Source: Octopus vulgaris (lineage: Eukaryota). From it: DNA of 64,000 nt. Shown here in pieces: positions 13,040 to 25,681 of this stretch. The translations under genes and the position numbers were made by a program. Location of the stretch: NCBI GenBank assembly GCA_951406725.2, contig OX597826.1, forward strand, positions 60,202,001-60,266,000. Direction: 5' to 3'. Each line of letters starts with the position of its first letter. Position 1 is the first letter of the stretch. The notes below the pieces were generated by a model. The model ran no database searches. It saw only the letters and a list, made by a program, of their open reading frames with translations, and had not been told where the DNA came from.

Positions 13040-13316
13040 TGTTTGTTCCTTCTAGAGCCATGCCTGGCTCATAAGGGCTGATTTCCCGGTTTCCTTGGCG
13101 TATACGTTCCCCACCTGGACGGGACGCCGGTCTGTCACAGTTGAGCTCCAAGATGCAGGAGAAAAGAGTGAGAGAAAGTTGTGGCGAGAGAGTCAGCAGA
13201 AGTTCGCCATTACCTTCTGCCGGAGCCGCGTGGAGCTTAGGTGTTTCGCTCATAAACAGACACATCGCCTGGTCTGAGATTTGAACCTATGATCCCTCTA
13301 AGCACTAGGCCATGTG
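13040..13316 (-). mobile_element. SINE family C (tail type 2)
   Basis: Same element as 45080-45382; C body GCGAAACACCTAAGCTCCACGCGGCTCCGGCAG plus tail CGTCCCGTCCAGGTGGGGAA...GAAACCGGGAA. Confidence 0.85.
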
Positions 13317-13319
13317 GTA

Positions 13320-13376
<57 letters not shown>

Positions 13377-13774
13377 TTGTGAATCCGTTTTCGTTTAGTG
13401 CGCTTTACACTATCATCTGAGGTGCTCCGTCATCATAATTCTGTGAAACTTGATTTCTACCTTTCTAGACTCTTATCCGAAACTCCAAATGAGAAGATTA
13501 ATTAGTTGCGCCTCGAACAACTAAGAATATATTTCAAAATATGAAAAATAGAAACCAAAATTCGCTTGAAAGTTCATACATAAATGTCAAAATAAGGAAG
13601 AAACTAAATACTAAGTTCTAAACTAAGAATGAGGGGTCGTTGTATCATTCAATTGAGTTTGGTATGAAAGTGTTATTTAATTTTTGAACCTTAAATTTCA
13701 TAGTTAGCATCAATCTATCCTCGAAATTGACGTCTTATGGATATATTCAATGCACGACTATTCTCTTTTTTTTT

Positions 13775-14100
13775 TCTCTTTTTACTTCTTTCAGTCATTT
13801 TGACTGCGGCCATGTTGGTGCACCGCATTTAATCGAGCAACTCGAACCCGGGACTTATTCTATCGGTTGTCAAGCAATGCTAGGGGGACAAACACAGACA
13901 CACAAACATACACGCACATGCATATATATATACATATATACGACGAGATTCTTTCAGTTTCCGTCTACCAAATCCACTCACAAGGATTTGTTCGGCCCGA
14001 GGCTATAGTAGAAGACACTTGCCCAAGGTGCCACGCAGTGGGACTGAACCCGGAACCATGTGGTTGGTAAACAACCTACTTACCACACAGCCACTCCTAT
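13775..14100 (-). mobile_element. SINE family A with internal deletion
   Basis: Direct similarity to other A copies. Confidence 0.9.
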
Positions 14101-14112
14101 GTTTCACCCTTT

Positions 14113-14211
<99 letters not shown>

Positions 14212-14490
14212 ATTATATATATATAAGTTAAAACTACAACTTTTAAAATTTAACAAAATGTAACCAAAATTCCTGTAGTCATACCGATATACGATCAAAT
14301 TAAACATTTATAGCTAGCCATTAACTGCAACACAATCAACCTCGAACCCACCAACACAAACGCATTTAAATAGGACAAACATATAATAAGTAAATACATT
14401 CATGTATACAACGTTCTAACAACATGCAGTATTACAAAGGTATGCCTGTGAATAAAGTAAAATACCCATCTAAAAATGTCAGAATGATAT

Positions 14491-14545
14491 GTGGACGCCT
14501 CTGATGAGAACCCATTTATGTTCGAAAATCGATTAATGTTGTTCA
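14491..14545 (+). ncRNA. Minimal type I hammerhead ribozyme motif (stem I decayed)
   Basis: CTGATGA-GAAC-CCATTTAT-GTTC-GAAA-ATCGAT-TA: intact catalytic core, 4-bp stem II, palindromic stem III loop. Confidence 0.6.
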
Positions 14546-14623
14546 TCAATTTTTTTCAGTCTACAGACAAATGAGAAAATTTCCCCTGTTTATAATTGTA
14601 CCATATGTTATACATATACATAT

Positions 14624-14680
<57 letters not shown>

Positions 14681-14854
14681 AGGTGAGAGGAGGGATATAA
14701 TATCCAGGCAGATACCGAATTTCTCTGAGTCAGAATCATTTCTGTCAATGTGTTTTTTGGTACTTTTCCTTTAATTCCTATCTGATGTTCCGGTTTATTT
14801 CTTGGCTTCTTAGGGTGTAAAGAACAATGTGTGTGTGTGTGTGTATCTGTGTGT

Positions 14855-15095
14855 GTGGACTAGTGGTTAGGGTGTGGCACTCACCATCGTAATATTGTGG
14901 TTTCGATTCCTGGAACGGATGACGCGTTGTATTCTTGAACAAAACACTTCATTTCACCTTGCTCCAGTCCACTCAGGTGGCAAAATGTGTAATCCTGAGA
15001 TGGATCGGCGTCCCGTCCAGGTGGGGAATATTTACGCCATTGAAACCGGGAAGCCGGCCTTCATGAACCTTGCATACCTCGAGAAGGAAACATTT
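14855..15095 (+). mobile_element. SINE: family D head with tail type 2
   Basis: TGGACTAGTGG A box, GTTTCGATTCC B box; tail CCTGAGATGGATCGGCGTCCCGTCCAGGTGGGG shared with the C copies at 13040 and 45080. Confidence 0.8.
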
Positions 15096-15118
15096 CTATA
15101 TCATTATTATTATTATTA

Positions 15119-15155
<37 letters not shown>

Positions 15156-15178
15156 GATTGTTGTTGTTATTGTTATTA

Positions 15179-15217
<39 letters not shown>

Positions 15218-15798
15218 GAGTGAGAGAGCAGTTCATGCCATCAAAGTGACACTGGGGTAAAATATAAGAAGCCCAATATACCCATCATGACTACCCGTCT
15301 GATAAGGGTACACCAGGCACATGCATCACAACCATATGTGTGCGATATGGTGATCTCATATCAAGATAAACAGCGCATGACCTTGCAGGTGGGGCCAGTT
15401 AGAATTTTCTTGAGGTTGAGTAGCCCATCCCGCTCAAAAGGTCCCTGAATAAGGGTTATTTAAGGATATTGAAAGAACCACCCATGTTTCCAGAGGTGAA
15501 TTATTCAAACCCCAAAGAATCCCTCTCAACACATAGCTATGATGCTCCCCCACTACTTCTGCGCGTGATCAGAGATGCACATATCGTCAGCCACTAAGGA
15601 ACATGCTCAACTGGTTAAGGTCAAACAACTGACAAGCAAATCTGTGGTATTGAGCAGAATATTTGCTGTAGCCCACCTTTTATACCAAGACAAAACAATG
15701 TACATGATAACACTTCCAATCAGTTAAGATCAGAAGCCATGAGAGCCACTGCCTGGTACTGCATCAGGGCATCCACTGCCTGGTACTGCATCAGGGCA
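15218..15798. mobile_element. Unclassified ~580-bp insertion inside an (ATT)n microsatellite
   Basis: Complex sequence bounded on both sides by (ATT)n; 26-bp terminal tandem duplication at 15746-15771 and 15773-15798. Confidence 0.55.
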
Positions 15799-15889
<91 letters not shown>

Positions 15890-16078
15890 GTATTTATGTA
15901 TGTGTGTGTATATATAGTATGCGGAGGGATATAACAACCAGGCAGATACAGATAACGAATATCTGAGGCAAAGTATCAAGGTTGGGTCCCTCTGATTGTG
16001 TGTCTTTTGGTAAGTTTCCTTTAGTTCGCATCCGATGTTCCAGTTTATCTCTTGTTTACTTAGAGTATAACGTATAAT

Positions 16079-16137
<59 letters not shown>

Positions 16138-17741
16138 CATATATGTATATATATATATATATATATATTATATATCTATATATATATGGAGAGAGAGAGA
16201 TAGAGAGAGAGGGGGAGAGAGATAGCTATACGTATATATTATATATATACATGAAATACATGTATGTATATACCTATAAATTTATGTACATGATATATAT
16301 ATATATATTTATGTGTGTGTATGGGTGTGTATGTATATTGTATACCGATATTATATATACACCGAAATACAGAAATCTAATCCAACGTTGATGAAGTTGT
16401 TATGTACGAATTGAAGAAAAGAAACCCACCAACCGTTTCAGAAATATTGACATTCAGTGAGATTGTTGCCGCGCAGAAATTTATGAATTTGACAGTGCAT
16501 CTAATTAAATCAATCAGAATCTGTTTTGTCCCAAGGCACGGTCACTAATGAAGTATTCCATTGCTAGTTATTTGAGAATGTCCGATTTAAAAATTAATAC
16601 TAGTTTTAACTAATGTCTCATATTGTATGAAGGGATAGAATTTCTGATAACAGTTCAATACTGAATCTATCGGATTTGCGGAGAAGTGTTATGATGGCCT
16701 GTGTAGCTATATTCATCCATGTGAAAGGTCATATTAGTGTTCAATAAGTTCCGTTGCCGTGATGAGTTGTGGAGTCAAATGTTCCTAACCTTACCCTTCA
16801 TCTTGGAGTGAAGAAGCGAGAGAGAGAGAGTGTAATGTTATCATATCCTGTGCTGCTTGACAAGTAAATGACGAATGACCGAAGTTGAAGGAGTGTTCGT
16901 GTTGGTGGTGGGACGTGATGTGAGACGAGATTAGGCAATAGTGAATAAAGTTGTACAGGAAGGTTTGGAAGTAAGATAAAACTAATGATGAGGAAACTAA
17001 GAATTGGAGGAATAAATAAGAGTAATATTGTATCGTATGCAGGGCATCATGGACAGGTAGATTTTATTATTACCTTACATGGAGCAATACGTTGCGTTTG
17101 AAAGAGTTTTCGGAAGAGCTAAGTAGAATCTAGTTTTACATCTTACGCTATGTTTGGGACCCCATTCCACACCAACATAAAACTATTGGCTGATATTGCG
17201 TAGTGAAAGCTGTAACAAGAAATCAGAGACTAAATTTTCAATCTGAAAACAATTTCCACGGTTTTCTAACCTCAATTTTCGGTACTGACTAGGAAGGGCA
17301 TGGATAGAATCATTTTACTTCAGCTCGGTTCGCATAAAATATGCAAGAGGTCCACTTCAAAATAAAGAGACTGATGGTACAAATAAAGATTGTTTGAGTC
17401 ATGGAAATACTTACAACACATGCAATTAGAAGAGTTATTTATGTATAACAATCACTATACAAGGATATCTGAAGTAAGAAACACAATCTTTGTAGGTTAA
17501 GATGTATTACTTAATGAAGTCGTTACATGCTCAATCTGGATTTACGTGCTTGATATCATCATTACTTTTGTAACTGTTTAACCCCAGATCGCATCTATGA
17601 ATGATAATCTCCATGATAAAATCTCTTCTAATCCCGATCTCCTCTTCCTTTTTATTATTTTTTTGTTGTTGTTCGCGCAGCATTTATCAGATGCTTTATA
17701 TTCCAGTGTAAGTTAAGGCACTAACTGTAGTCATTACGGTA

Positions 17742-17966
17742 TACTCTTACTCTCTTTACTCTTTTACTTGTTTCAGTCATTTGACTGCGGCCATGCTGGA
17801 GCACCGCCTTTAGTCGAGCAAATCGACCCCCGGGACTTATTCTTTGTAAGCCCAGTACTTATTCTATCGGTCTCTTTTGCCGAACCGCTAAGTGATGGGG
17901 ACGTAAACACACCAGCATCGGTTGTCAAGTAATTCTAGGGGGGCAAAAACACAGACACAAACACAC
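17742..17966 (-). mobile_element. SINE family A, 5'-truncated (3' half only)
   Basis: Near-identical to the tail halves at 29661 and 30501. Confidence 0.9.
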
Positions 17967-19031
17967 TGTTATGGTACGCAGAAAATTTTAATTCTAGGAA
18001 GCCGAGCGAAGGCTTAACATACGCCTAGGTGTTCCATTTTCTACCTTATTTTAATGAAGAAATTCGTTTGAAGATATCAATGGTTTTGTTGAAAACTATA
18101 TTATGTTGAATGTATTTATTCATTGTGGCAGCCATATAGCGTTGGCCATGCTAATTTGGAGTTTTTATATTGTTATACATCCACTCCTATGTACACTACA
18201 CATATTTACATATAGATGTGTGCATGTGTGTGTGTGTGTAAGCGTGTGTGTGTGTGTGTATCTGGCTGGCTGTCTGTTTCTCTCTCTCTCGTTCTCTCTC
18301 GTTCTCTCAATATATATGTATATATGCATGGATGTATTGTAACAAGGAAGGACAGTAGCTCCGGTGGGAGCGCTGCAAAATATTTTTTTGTTTTTTTTGT
18401 TTACTTCAGACGACTCTTCTTTTGACTCTCACCTGTGGGTCTTTATGCACAAGACAATTCGTCAACTCCAGAGCTGTCTCAAACAGTCTAGCTAGCTGAC
18501 CAATCTTAAATTTTTGATGTAGGTCTTAAAACATTTCTGTGTCGTACGAAGAGCAATAAAATATCAGGTATAGTTTTGATCATAGGATGGTACTCTGCTA
18601 GAGCGAGGGTATCGTAGACTCATTCCGTATGTATGCGTAGCTGCTCGTTGCTATTTCACATTTCTTGTTGGCCAATGTTTTCCGCATTGGATACATACAC
18701 GGTTCTTAATTTGTGATCAGGTTACCAGTGAAGATCATTTTCTGTGACTCGTAAACAACTTTCGTATGATTTCAAAGATTTATTTCATTTTTCCGTCTAC
18801 AACAATCACTTTTGCGAAAAATGGCACTCTAAACAGTCGCAATGGTCATGCTTTTTTTGTGACATCGTAGAGGTTTTCAGGTGATAAACGAATCTCTCTC
18901 CAAGGACAGGAGGCATCTTTATGAAGTGTGATATGATACTGACTCTATACCAATCAATCGACACCCCTCACTAAATTTGCCGTTCGTGAAGAAGGTATGA
19001 CGCTTTCCGAATTGCGTCAGCTGTCCCTTTT

Positions 19032-19385
19032 TATTGGGTTGTCCGGAAAGTTCGTGCCGATTTTTAAAAAAAGGAAAACGTCAATAAATACTTGCTATTA
19101 CATTTTTAATCAACTAAATATAAACCATTTTTTTGCAAAATGCGTTTCCATATTTCCTTTAACTAGAAAATACCCCCTTACCAGAATTGAGGTAGTTTCA
19201 TGGTAAAAAAAATTCATCAAGATATTATTTTACGTTATCCAAGGAATTGAAATTTTTACCATTAAGACTATTCTGCAGAGACCTGAATAAGTGGAAATCC
19301 GAAAGAGCAATATCTGGTGAATATGGAGGGTGGGGTAACACATCCCAGCCGAGCTGCAGCAATTTTCGTCTGGCTCCCAAAGCAT
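19032..19385 (-). mobile_element. mariner transposon 3' relic with terminal inverted repeat
   Basis: TA + TTGGGTTGTCCGGAAAGTTCGTGCCGATTT end; minus strand encodes RRKLLQLGWDVLPHPPYSPDIALSDFHLFRSLQNSLNGKNFNSLDNVK (YSPD motif). Confidence 0.9.
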
Positions 19386-19469
19386 CAAGTGCGGAAAATG
19401 AACTCTTTTATCTTCAATTAACACAGGTTATAGGAATATAAATCTTCTTCCAAGAAAAGATAGCTTAAA

Positions 19470-20290
19470 CTGTGCTATAAATGGAAGTGTAGTCAAATCC
19501 TATTTTATGAATTCAACCATAGCAAAAAATTCTATGCCCCCACACGGAGCATAGAAGTGCGGGTAAATGAGCATTGGAGGGAACTTAAGGAAGATAAGAG
19601 ATCATCGGTTCTGTACCAGCACGGGGGGCTCGCTCAACAACATAGAAGTTAAAATCTTCAACATACAACAGACGCAACGCTTAGACAAATTACAGAAGCT
19701 ACACACATAATAGAAGATAAACCTAGCCTGAATAGGAAGCTGGAATGGAATACTAGCACACACCCACAACACACCACAACATACGACAGAATGAGAGCCC
19801 CATAAACTAATAATAAAATGAGTATAATATAAACTATATACAGATAAACAAATGGAATTAAATAACTATATACGTTAACAAAATAAATTAAATTAATTAC
19901 AAAAAAGAAAGAATAGAAAAAATAAGTAGGTATAAACACATGAACAAAATAAATAAAGACAAATTAAATGAACGTGTATAAACAGGGGATAGTGCTAATA
20001 CAGCACATCTCCCTCCCCCCATACACACACACTTACTAAACATAGACAAACGTAAATAAAGACATATACAATAGGAATACAAAATGTCTGATCATTAGTA
20101 AGGTAAGACACAAAAAAGAAAGAAGAAAGCAAAGGACCACTGATGAGGTAACAGAAGTGTGACGAAAGAACTCTGGCCGAAATACGATTAATTCAAAAAT
20201 AAAACTGAAGCAAATAAACACCAAATATATAGTGCGTGTGTTCTTATTGGCTAAACTGGCAACGTGACTATACCCAAATACAACAATATA
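19470..20290 (+). mobile_element. Penelope-like element relic: GIY-YIG endonuclease C-terminal region plus 3' repeat
   Basis: Frameshifted translation TRSIEVRVNEHWRELKEDKRSSVLYQH...DATLRQITEATHIIEDKPSLNRKLEW; hammerhead motif downstream; ends at (TA)n. Confidence 0.7.
20134..20178 (+). ncRNA. Minimal type I hammerhead ribozyme motif
   Basis: GGACCA-CTGATGA-GGTAAC-AGAAGT-GTGAC-GAAA-GAAC-TC-TGGCC: core intact, stem I CCA/TGG plus GG/CC, stem II GTAAC/GTGAC with one mismatch, CUC cleavage triplet. Confidence 0.65.
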
Positions 20291-21254
20291 TATATATATT
20301 ATACACACACACACATATATATGTATGTATATACACATATATATGGAGGTGTGTATGGATATGTACACACACACACGCACATATAAATAACGCATATATT
20401 ATATATGTATGTGTGCGTGTGCACATATATAAATTATATCTTTTGTATGTATGAATGTATGTATGTATGTATGTTTGCACGTATGTATACATGTATGTTT
20501 GGTTACATGACTGCATATAGGTATATGTGTATGATTGTAACCTGACATACTTATGGACCACTGCACTGAAATATTAAAGTGTTTAAACCTATAGACGCAA
20601 TCATAAAGCTAACAAATATGAACTATCTTACATATAATCATACACCCACACACCCAGGTATACATATCACACATATACGTACAGCTGTGTGTCTGAGTCT
20701 GTGTATTATGTGAGCATATGTATTATGTATGTCTGTATCTCCGTGTGTTTCTTGGCGAGGAATATCTTGGAAATTGAAAACAGTTTCTTTCACTTTCATT
20801 TTTATTGTAGCCAAAAAAAAAAAAGAAATAATAAATAACAAAAGAAAATAAATACAGGAAATGAAGTGTTTTATTATCGAACAGATATAACATAGAATAG
20901 AAAAATAAGAAAATTTACACAGACGAATGAATAAAATTATAAAAGAATGAAAAGTATAACGGAATGAATGAATATATGAAGTAAAACTGTAAATATAAAA
21001 TCTTTAAGTCTTTTACGAAATTAAAATAAGGATGTATGAAGTGTCCAGTTTGATGATGCTTGGAACACTTTAGAAGCAGTTTAATACACTGGTAGAATCC
21101 ATCTTGAAGTACTAATTAAGACTATCGTGGCGATGGGAAGAAATAGAGAATAAATAAATGAAAAAAAATTGCGATTTTAATTCAGGTTTTTAATTAAATG
21201 CGAACAAATATGATGATTATAGGAGTGGAGAGGAATAATAGTGAAGATGATAAA

Positions 21255-21656
21255 AATAATAATAATAATAATGATAATAATGATAATAATAATAATTATA
21301 AGAAGAAGAAGAAGTGGAGAAGAAGAAGAAGAAGAAGAAGAATTAGAAGAAGAAGAATTAGAAGAAGAATGACAACAACAACAAAAACAACAAGGAGAAG
21401 AAGAAGATGAAGAAAGTGAAGGAAAAGAAGAAGAAGAAGTAGAAGATGTAGAAGACGAAGAAGAAGTAAAAGATGAAGAAGAAGAAGTAAAAGATGAAGA
21501 AGAAGAAGAAGAAGAAGAAGAAGAAGAAGAAGAAGAACAAGAAGAAGATGAGCAAGAAGGAGAAATAGGAGGCAAGAACAGAAAACAAGATGAGGAATAT
21601 AACAAATAAAATTGTTTTTGTTGATGTTGATGTTATTATTATTATTATTATAATTA

Positions 21657-21730
<74 letters not shown>

Positions 21731-21750
21731 AATAATAATAATAATATTAC
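21255..21750. repeat. Compound trinucleotide microsatellite (AAT)n/(GAA)n/(ATT)n
   Basis: Direct reading. Confidence 0.95.
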
Positions 21751-22274
21751 TGAAGCAACAGCAATGGTACTATTAATTTTATAGAAAATTCAACGTCAGA
21801 AATTGAAGTAGGAAGGTGTATTATTACTAGTAGCTGCGTCAAATTGTATATATCTGTTGAGCATGTGGCTACTATATACATGTGAGTCATTGCGCATGAA
21901 TATAAGAATAACATATGTGGTTAATATTTTCACCACGCAACCTGGGGACCTTGGGTTCTATTTCAATATTCGCACTTCGATCAAGCATTCCTACCGTAGT
22001 CCTTATTTACCTTTCATTCCATATTTTGGTGTTCCTTAATGAACCGACGTGGCTCAGTTCGAACTATCTAAAAACGCGCGTAGGATCTTTAATATAAACT
22101 TGATTTCATCCATGTTTCTCCCACATTTGCTCAGTAGCTGGTAATTGGTAATACTACACAATATAATGTGTAATATAATGGTTTATTAACAACTATGCAG
22201 AAAGCAGCTGGGAGTAAGAAATATATATATATATATATTTCTAGCATATGGGTGTCCAGATAGTGGTTTCCCTA

Positions 22275-22450
22275 TTATATAAAAAATACAAAATGGGACA
22301 AGAACGCAAAACATCCAAACAGTTAGGTGACACAAAAAAGCGCGAAACAAAACATTCAGATAGAAGATACAAAGAAAATAAGGATGGGTCATTCGGAGTT
22401 TTCTTTCCTCAGTCGAGTTCCAGATTTATCTTTGCAATTTCGGCTGGTTT
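22275..22450 (-). repeat. Dispersed repeat family F (unclassified, TA-associated)
   Basis: Reverse complement of 49585-49720 (CAGCCGAAATTGC...GACTGA(G/A)GA...CGAATG...TTTTGCGTTCTTGTCC). Confidence 0.7.
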
Positions 22451-22628
22451 TGCCCTATGTGGCAAGGCCAACACTTTGTATTACAGGTATCATACATTTT
22501 TACCAGCTTATTGAACAGGAGCAAAATGAAACAACTTGCCTTGCTCAACGGAATTGAACTCCCGACCTTACTTTCGGAAACTGAATATCGTAACCACTTA
22601 CCCAAGTATGCATGTTAATACATACATA

Positions 22629-22693
<65 letters not shown>

Positions 22694-23984
22694 ATGCCAC
22701 TCTCTCTCTATTTCTGTTGACACACACACACGCATATATATACATATATATATAGAGAGAGAGAGAGACAGAAAGAGAGATAGATAGATAGATAGAGATA
22801 TATAGATATAAATATGAAGTTATATATTAGGACCAGAAAATATATGATATTTTAGGACTTTCTATAGAGAACAAAATCTTTTCAGAATCATAATAAGGGG
22901 AAGGAGGATGGGTATATTCGTGGTAGACATTGTGAGAATAACACGTGACGGAAAACTGAAACCAGCAAAAATCACAAGAGGAATCTCGTTTTTCGATACA
23001 TAAAGGGGATACTAATTAAATTGAAGAACAGAATAGCTTTTTAGACATTTCAGGACGTCATACTAAGTTCTAATGGGCTGGATGCGCGTAAAATGTACGT
23101 GTCTAAGCATGGATGTATAAATACATACATACATACATACATACACACACATATATATGCACACACACGCACACACACACACCCATATATATACACGCAT
23201 ATATAAATTTATATATGTACGGATATATCCATATACAAGTTTGTGTATATGGATATGAGTATATCTACATGATGTATGTAAATACATATATAATACATGT
23301 ATAACTTTATATACATACTCAAGCGTGCACATATATATACGTATGTATGTATGTATTTATATATATACGTATGTATGTATGTATTTATATATGTATGTAC
23401 GTACGTATGTATGTATGTATGTATGTATGTATGTATGTATGTATGTATGTATAAGCCATACACGTTCACACAAGTCCAATTTCATGCAAGCATTATGAGT
23501 TTCGTGTAAATGTAACTGTTCCACTGTCACCGATAAGTATTCAATTGTTCCAACAGCTGAACTGATTTTTCATTCAATTATTGTGCAGGTGGCCGAATGT
23601 TTCATAGACACGTTCGAATTTGTTATAACTGCGAAAAACAAAAAAATATCAACTCAACAAAGTGTGTAACAATATAAGATCTGTAAATGACAGTAACAGT
23701 ATTCAAAGGCCTAAAACTTGGTGGATCAAATCATGGTAGACGACGTTTGTCCAATGTTCCGGGCAGTCGATCTGAAATCGGAACCTCTTGATTATAGGCC
23801 TGCGTTCACATAAATGTTGTTACATACACGGTATTCAAAAAATGACTGGTTATATGGAACCCCCGACTATTATGCATCCGAAATCCTTTTTTAACTTATT
23901 ATACTAGTTCGTATTATTTGTAATCAAATCTATTTTGCTTTCCTCCTGTTATAAATAGGTATATGTGTGTATGTATGTATATTA

Positions 23985-24120
<136 letters not shown>

Positions 24121-24139
24121 TATATATACATATATATAT

Positions 24140-24219
24140 ATCGAAATAGTTTGATTCAAATTAGTTGGTACTCTTGAGTTTCAACGGATACCAACACATT
24201 TGAATCAAACTGTTTCGAT
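24140..24219. repeat. 80-nt hairpin
   Basis: ATCGAAATAGTTTGATTCAAAT / ATTTGAATCAAACTGTTTCGAT (21 of 22 complementary) plus GTTGGTA/TACCAAC and TTGA/TCAA. Confidence 0.9.
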
Positions 24220-24309
24220 CCATACACGTAATTCCGAATAAGTTAGTTGAGTGCTCTTTTTTTTGTTTTCCCGCACACTCGTATATATATGTATATTTAT
24301 ACTTTGGTA

Positions 24310-24450
24310 CTCTAGGCACAAGACCCGAAGTTTTGGGAGAGTTGGCGAGCCAATTACATCAACTGGTACTTTATTAATTCACCCCGAAAAGATGAAAGAC
24401 AAAGTCGACCTCGGCGAAATTTCAACTCAGACAGACGAAATTTCGCCCGG
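24310..24450 (-). mobile_element. SINE family B fragment
   Basis: AACTGGTACTTTATT...CCCCGAAAAGATGAAAGACAAAGTCGACCTCGGCG is the reverse complement of the B central domain. Confidence 0.8.
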
Positions 24451-24574
24451 CCTGTTAACGTTTGAGTGTGTGTGTGTGTGTGTGTGTGTGTATACATAAT
24501 AAAATGAATCGTTTATACATGGTAATTTACTTGTAATGTGCGATCGTTTTTTAGGTGTTCGCTACGTTTATGGT

Positions 24575-24720
24575 AAATGATAGACTGAAGAAACGAGAAT
24601 TCTTATTAATCCCGACAATAGTTTCGACACATCTAGATTCGATCCCACACGGGTGAGATGTTTAACAATTGGTTCAGGAGCATCAAGCAGTGTAGATATG
24701 TCTCTTCGGATGATAAACTT
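24575..24720 (-). repeat. Left arm of ~145-bp inverted repeat pair (partner 25682-25830)
   Basis: Reverse complement aligns over CCGAAGAGACA...CTCCTGAACCA.TTGTTAA...GGGATCGA...GATGTGTCGAAAC...TGTCG.GATTAATAA.AATTCTCG. Confidence 0.85.
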
Positions 24721-25069
24721 GTTAAAATAAGAGTTCTGCAGTGTATCCTCTCATTTCGTGTAAAGAAATGCAGCAAATTAAAAAAATATATCTTCATTGG
24801 TATGCAAAGATGCAAAGAAGAAACGAACACACGGGTCAGCGAGAAAAGTACCAAAGATAACCGATGACGGATATAGATGTATAAATTCCCTCGTGCAAGC
24901 TGCATGGCGCATGTACATTCGCCCATAAAAACATCCAAGAAGAAGTAAGCATATGCACACGTGTGACTTGGTTCACACACGTTCACACACCGAGTTAAAT
25001 AGCTACTTGGTGTTTATAAGGATGGGTATGAAGATACATTCCAGACCTGTTATTTTTACGAGACAAATC

Positions 25070-25665
25070 TATTTTATTTCATAATATTTGCCATAAGGCA
25101 ATACATAGATGGGACGGACAAGGACAGACAAACATAAAATGGGTGAAGTAGCTGTCAACGATTAAAATTTAACAATGATTATCATGCAGATAAGATTAAA
25201 ATTGAATACATTGCTAAAAGCAATGTTTAACACGAAGGAAAGACATCCTACACCAGAGTAGAACCTTTGCATTATTTCCGTGGCTCCGCTCACTTGGTGC
25301 CAATTCCTCCTAGCTTTCTCTCCACAAGCTTCCATCTTTCTCTGAATTTTTCACCTGACGGGTACCTCTTCTCCAGTCTGATCTTACTGCTGAGGTGGTA
25401 ACTAAAAAAGTTGACCAAAAGTTGATACAAAGGTACCCGTCACAATCCCTTTCAACCGCGTCTTCCATACTGTTTTTTCATCATGGCCACCACGCAGAAA
25501 AAAACAGGCTTTCCTCTCCCCGCTAAGGGAAGGAGGTGGCACAATCACGATGATGGACTCAGCTGAGAGTTGTACTCTTCCCATCGATGACAACAGTTGT
25601 TCTTTAAAAACTATGAGTCTCAATAATTCTGGACATTCCACGAATGCGTGCAAGACGGTTTCTCT
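25070..25665 (-). mobile_element. 3' end of L1/Tx1-clade LINE
   Basis: Minus strand ETVLHAFVECP (C-terminal zinc-finger half of L1/Tx1 ORF2)...VWKTRLK, followed by a 3' UTR ending in an A-rich tail. Confidence 0.75.
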
Positions 25666-25681
25666 ATCACGAGTTATATCT

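Noticed and set aside
16800-17260. Possible CR1/L2 3' end on the minus strand (NSF..VWN...SENSFKRN)
   Set aside because: Only a short weak peptide resemblance.
18340-19030. Possible second decayed DNA transposon next to the mariner end
   Set aside because: I could not recover a convincing transposase motif by eye.
21177-21784. Poly-Ser/Glu/Ile ORFs
   Set aside because: Compound (GAA)n/(ATT)n microsatellite.
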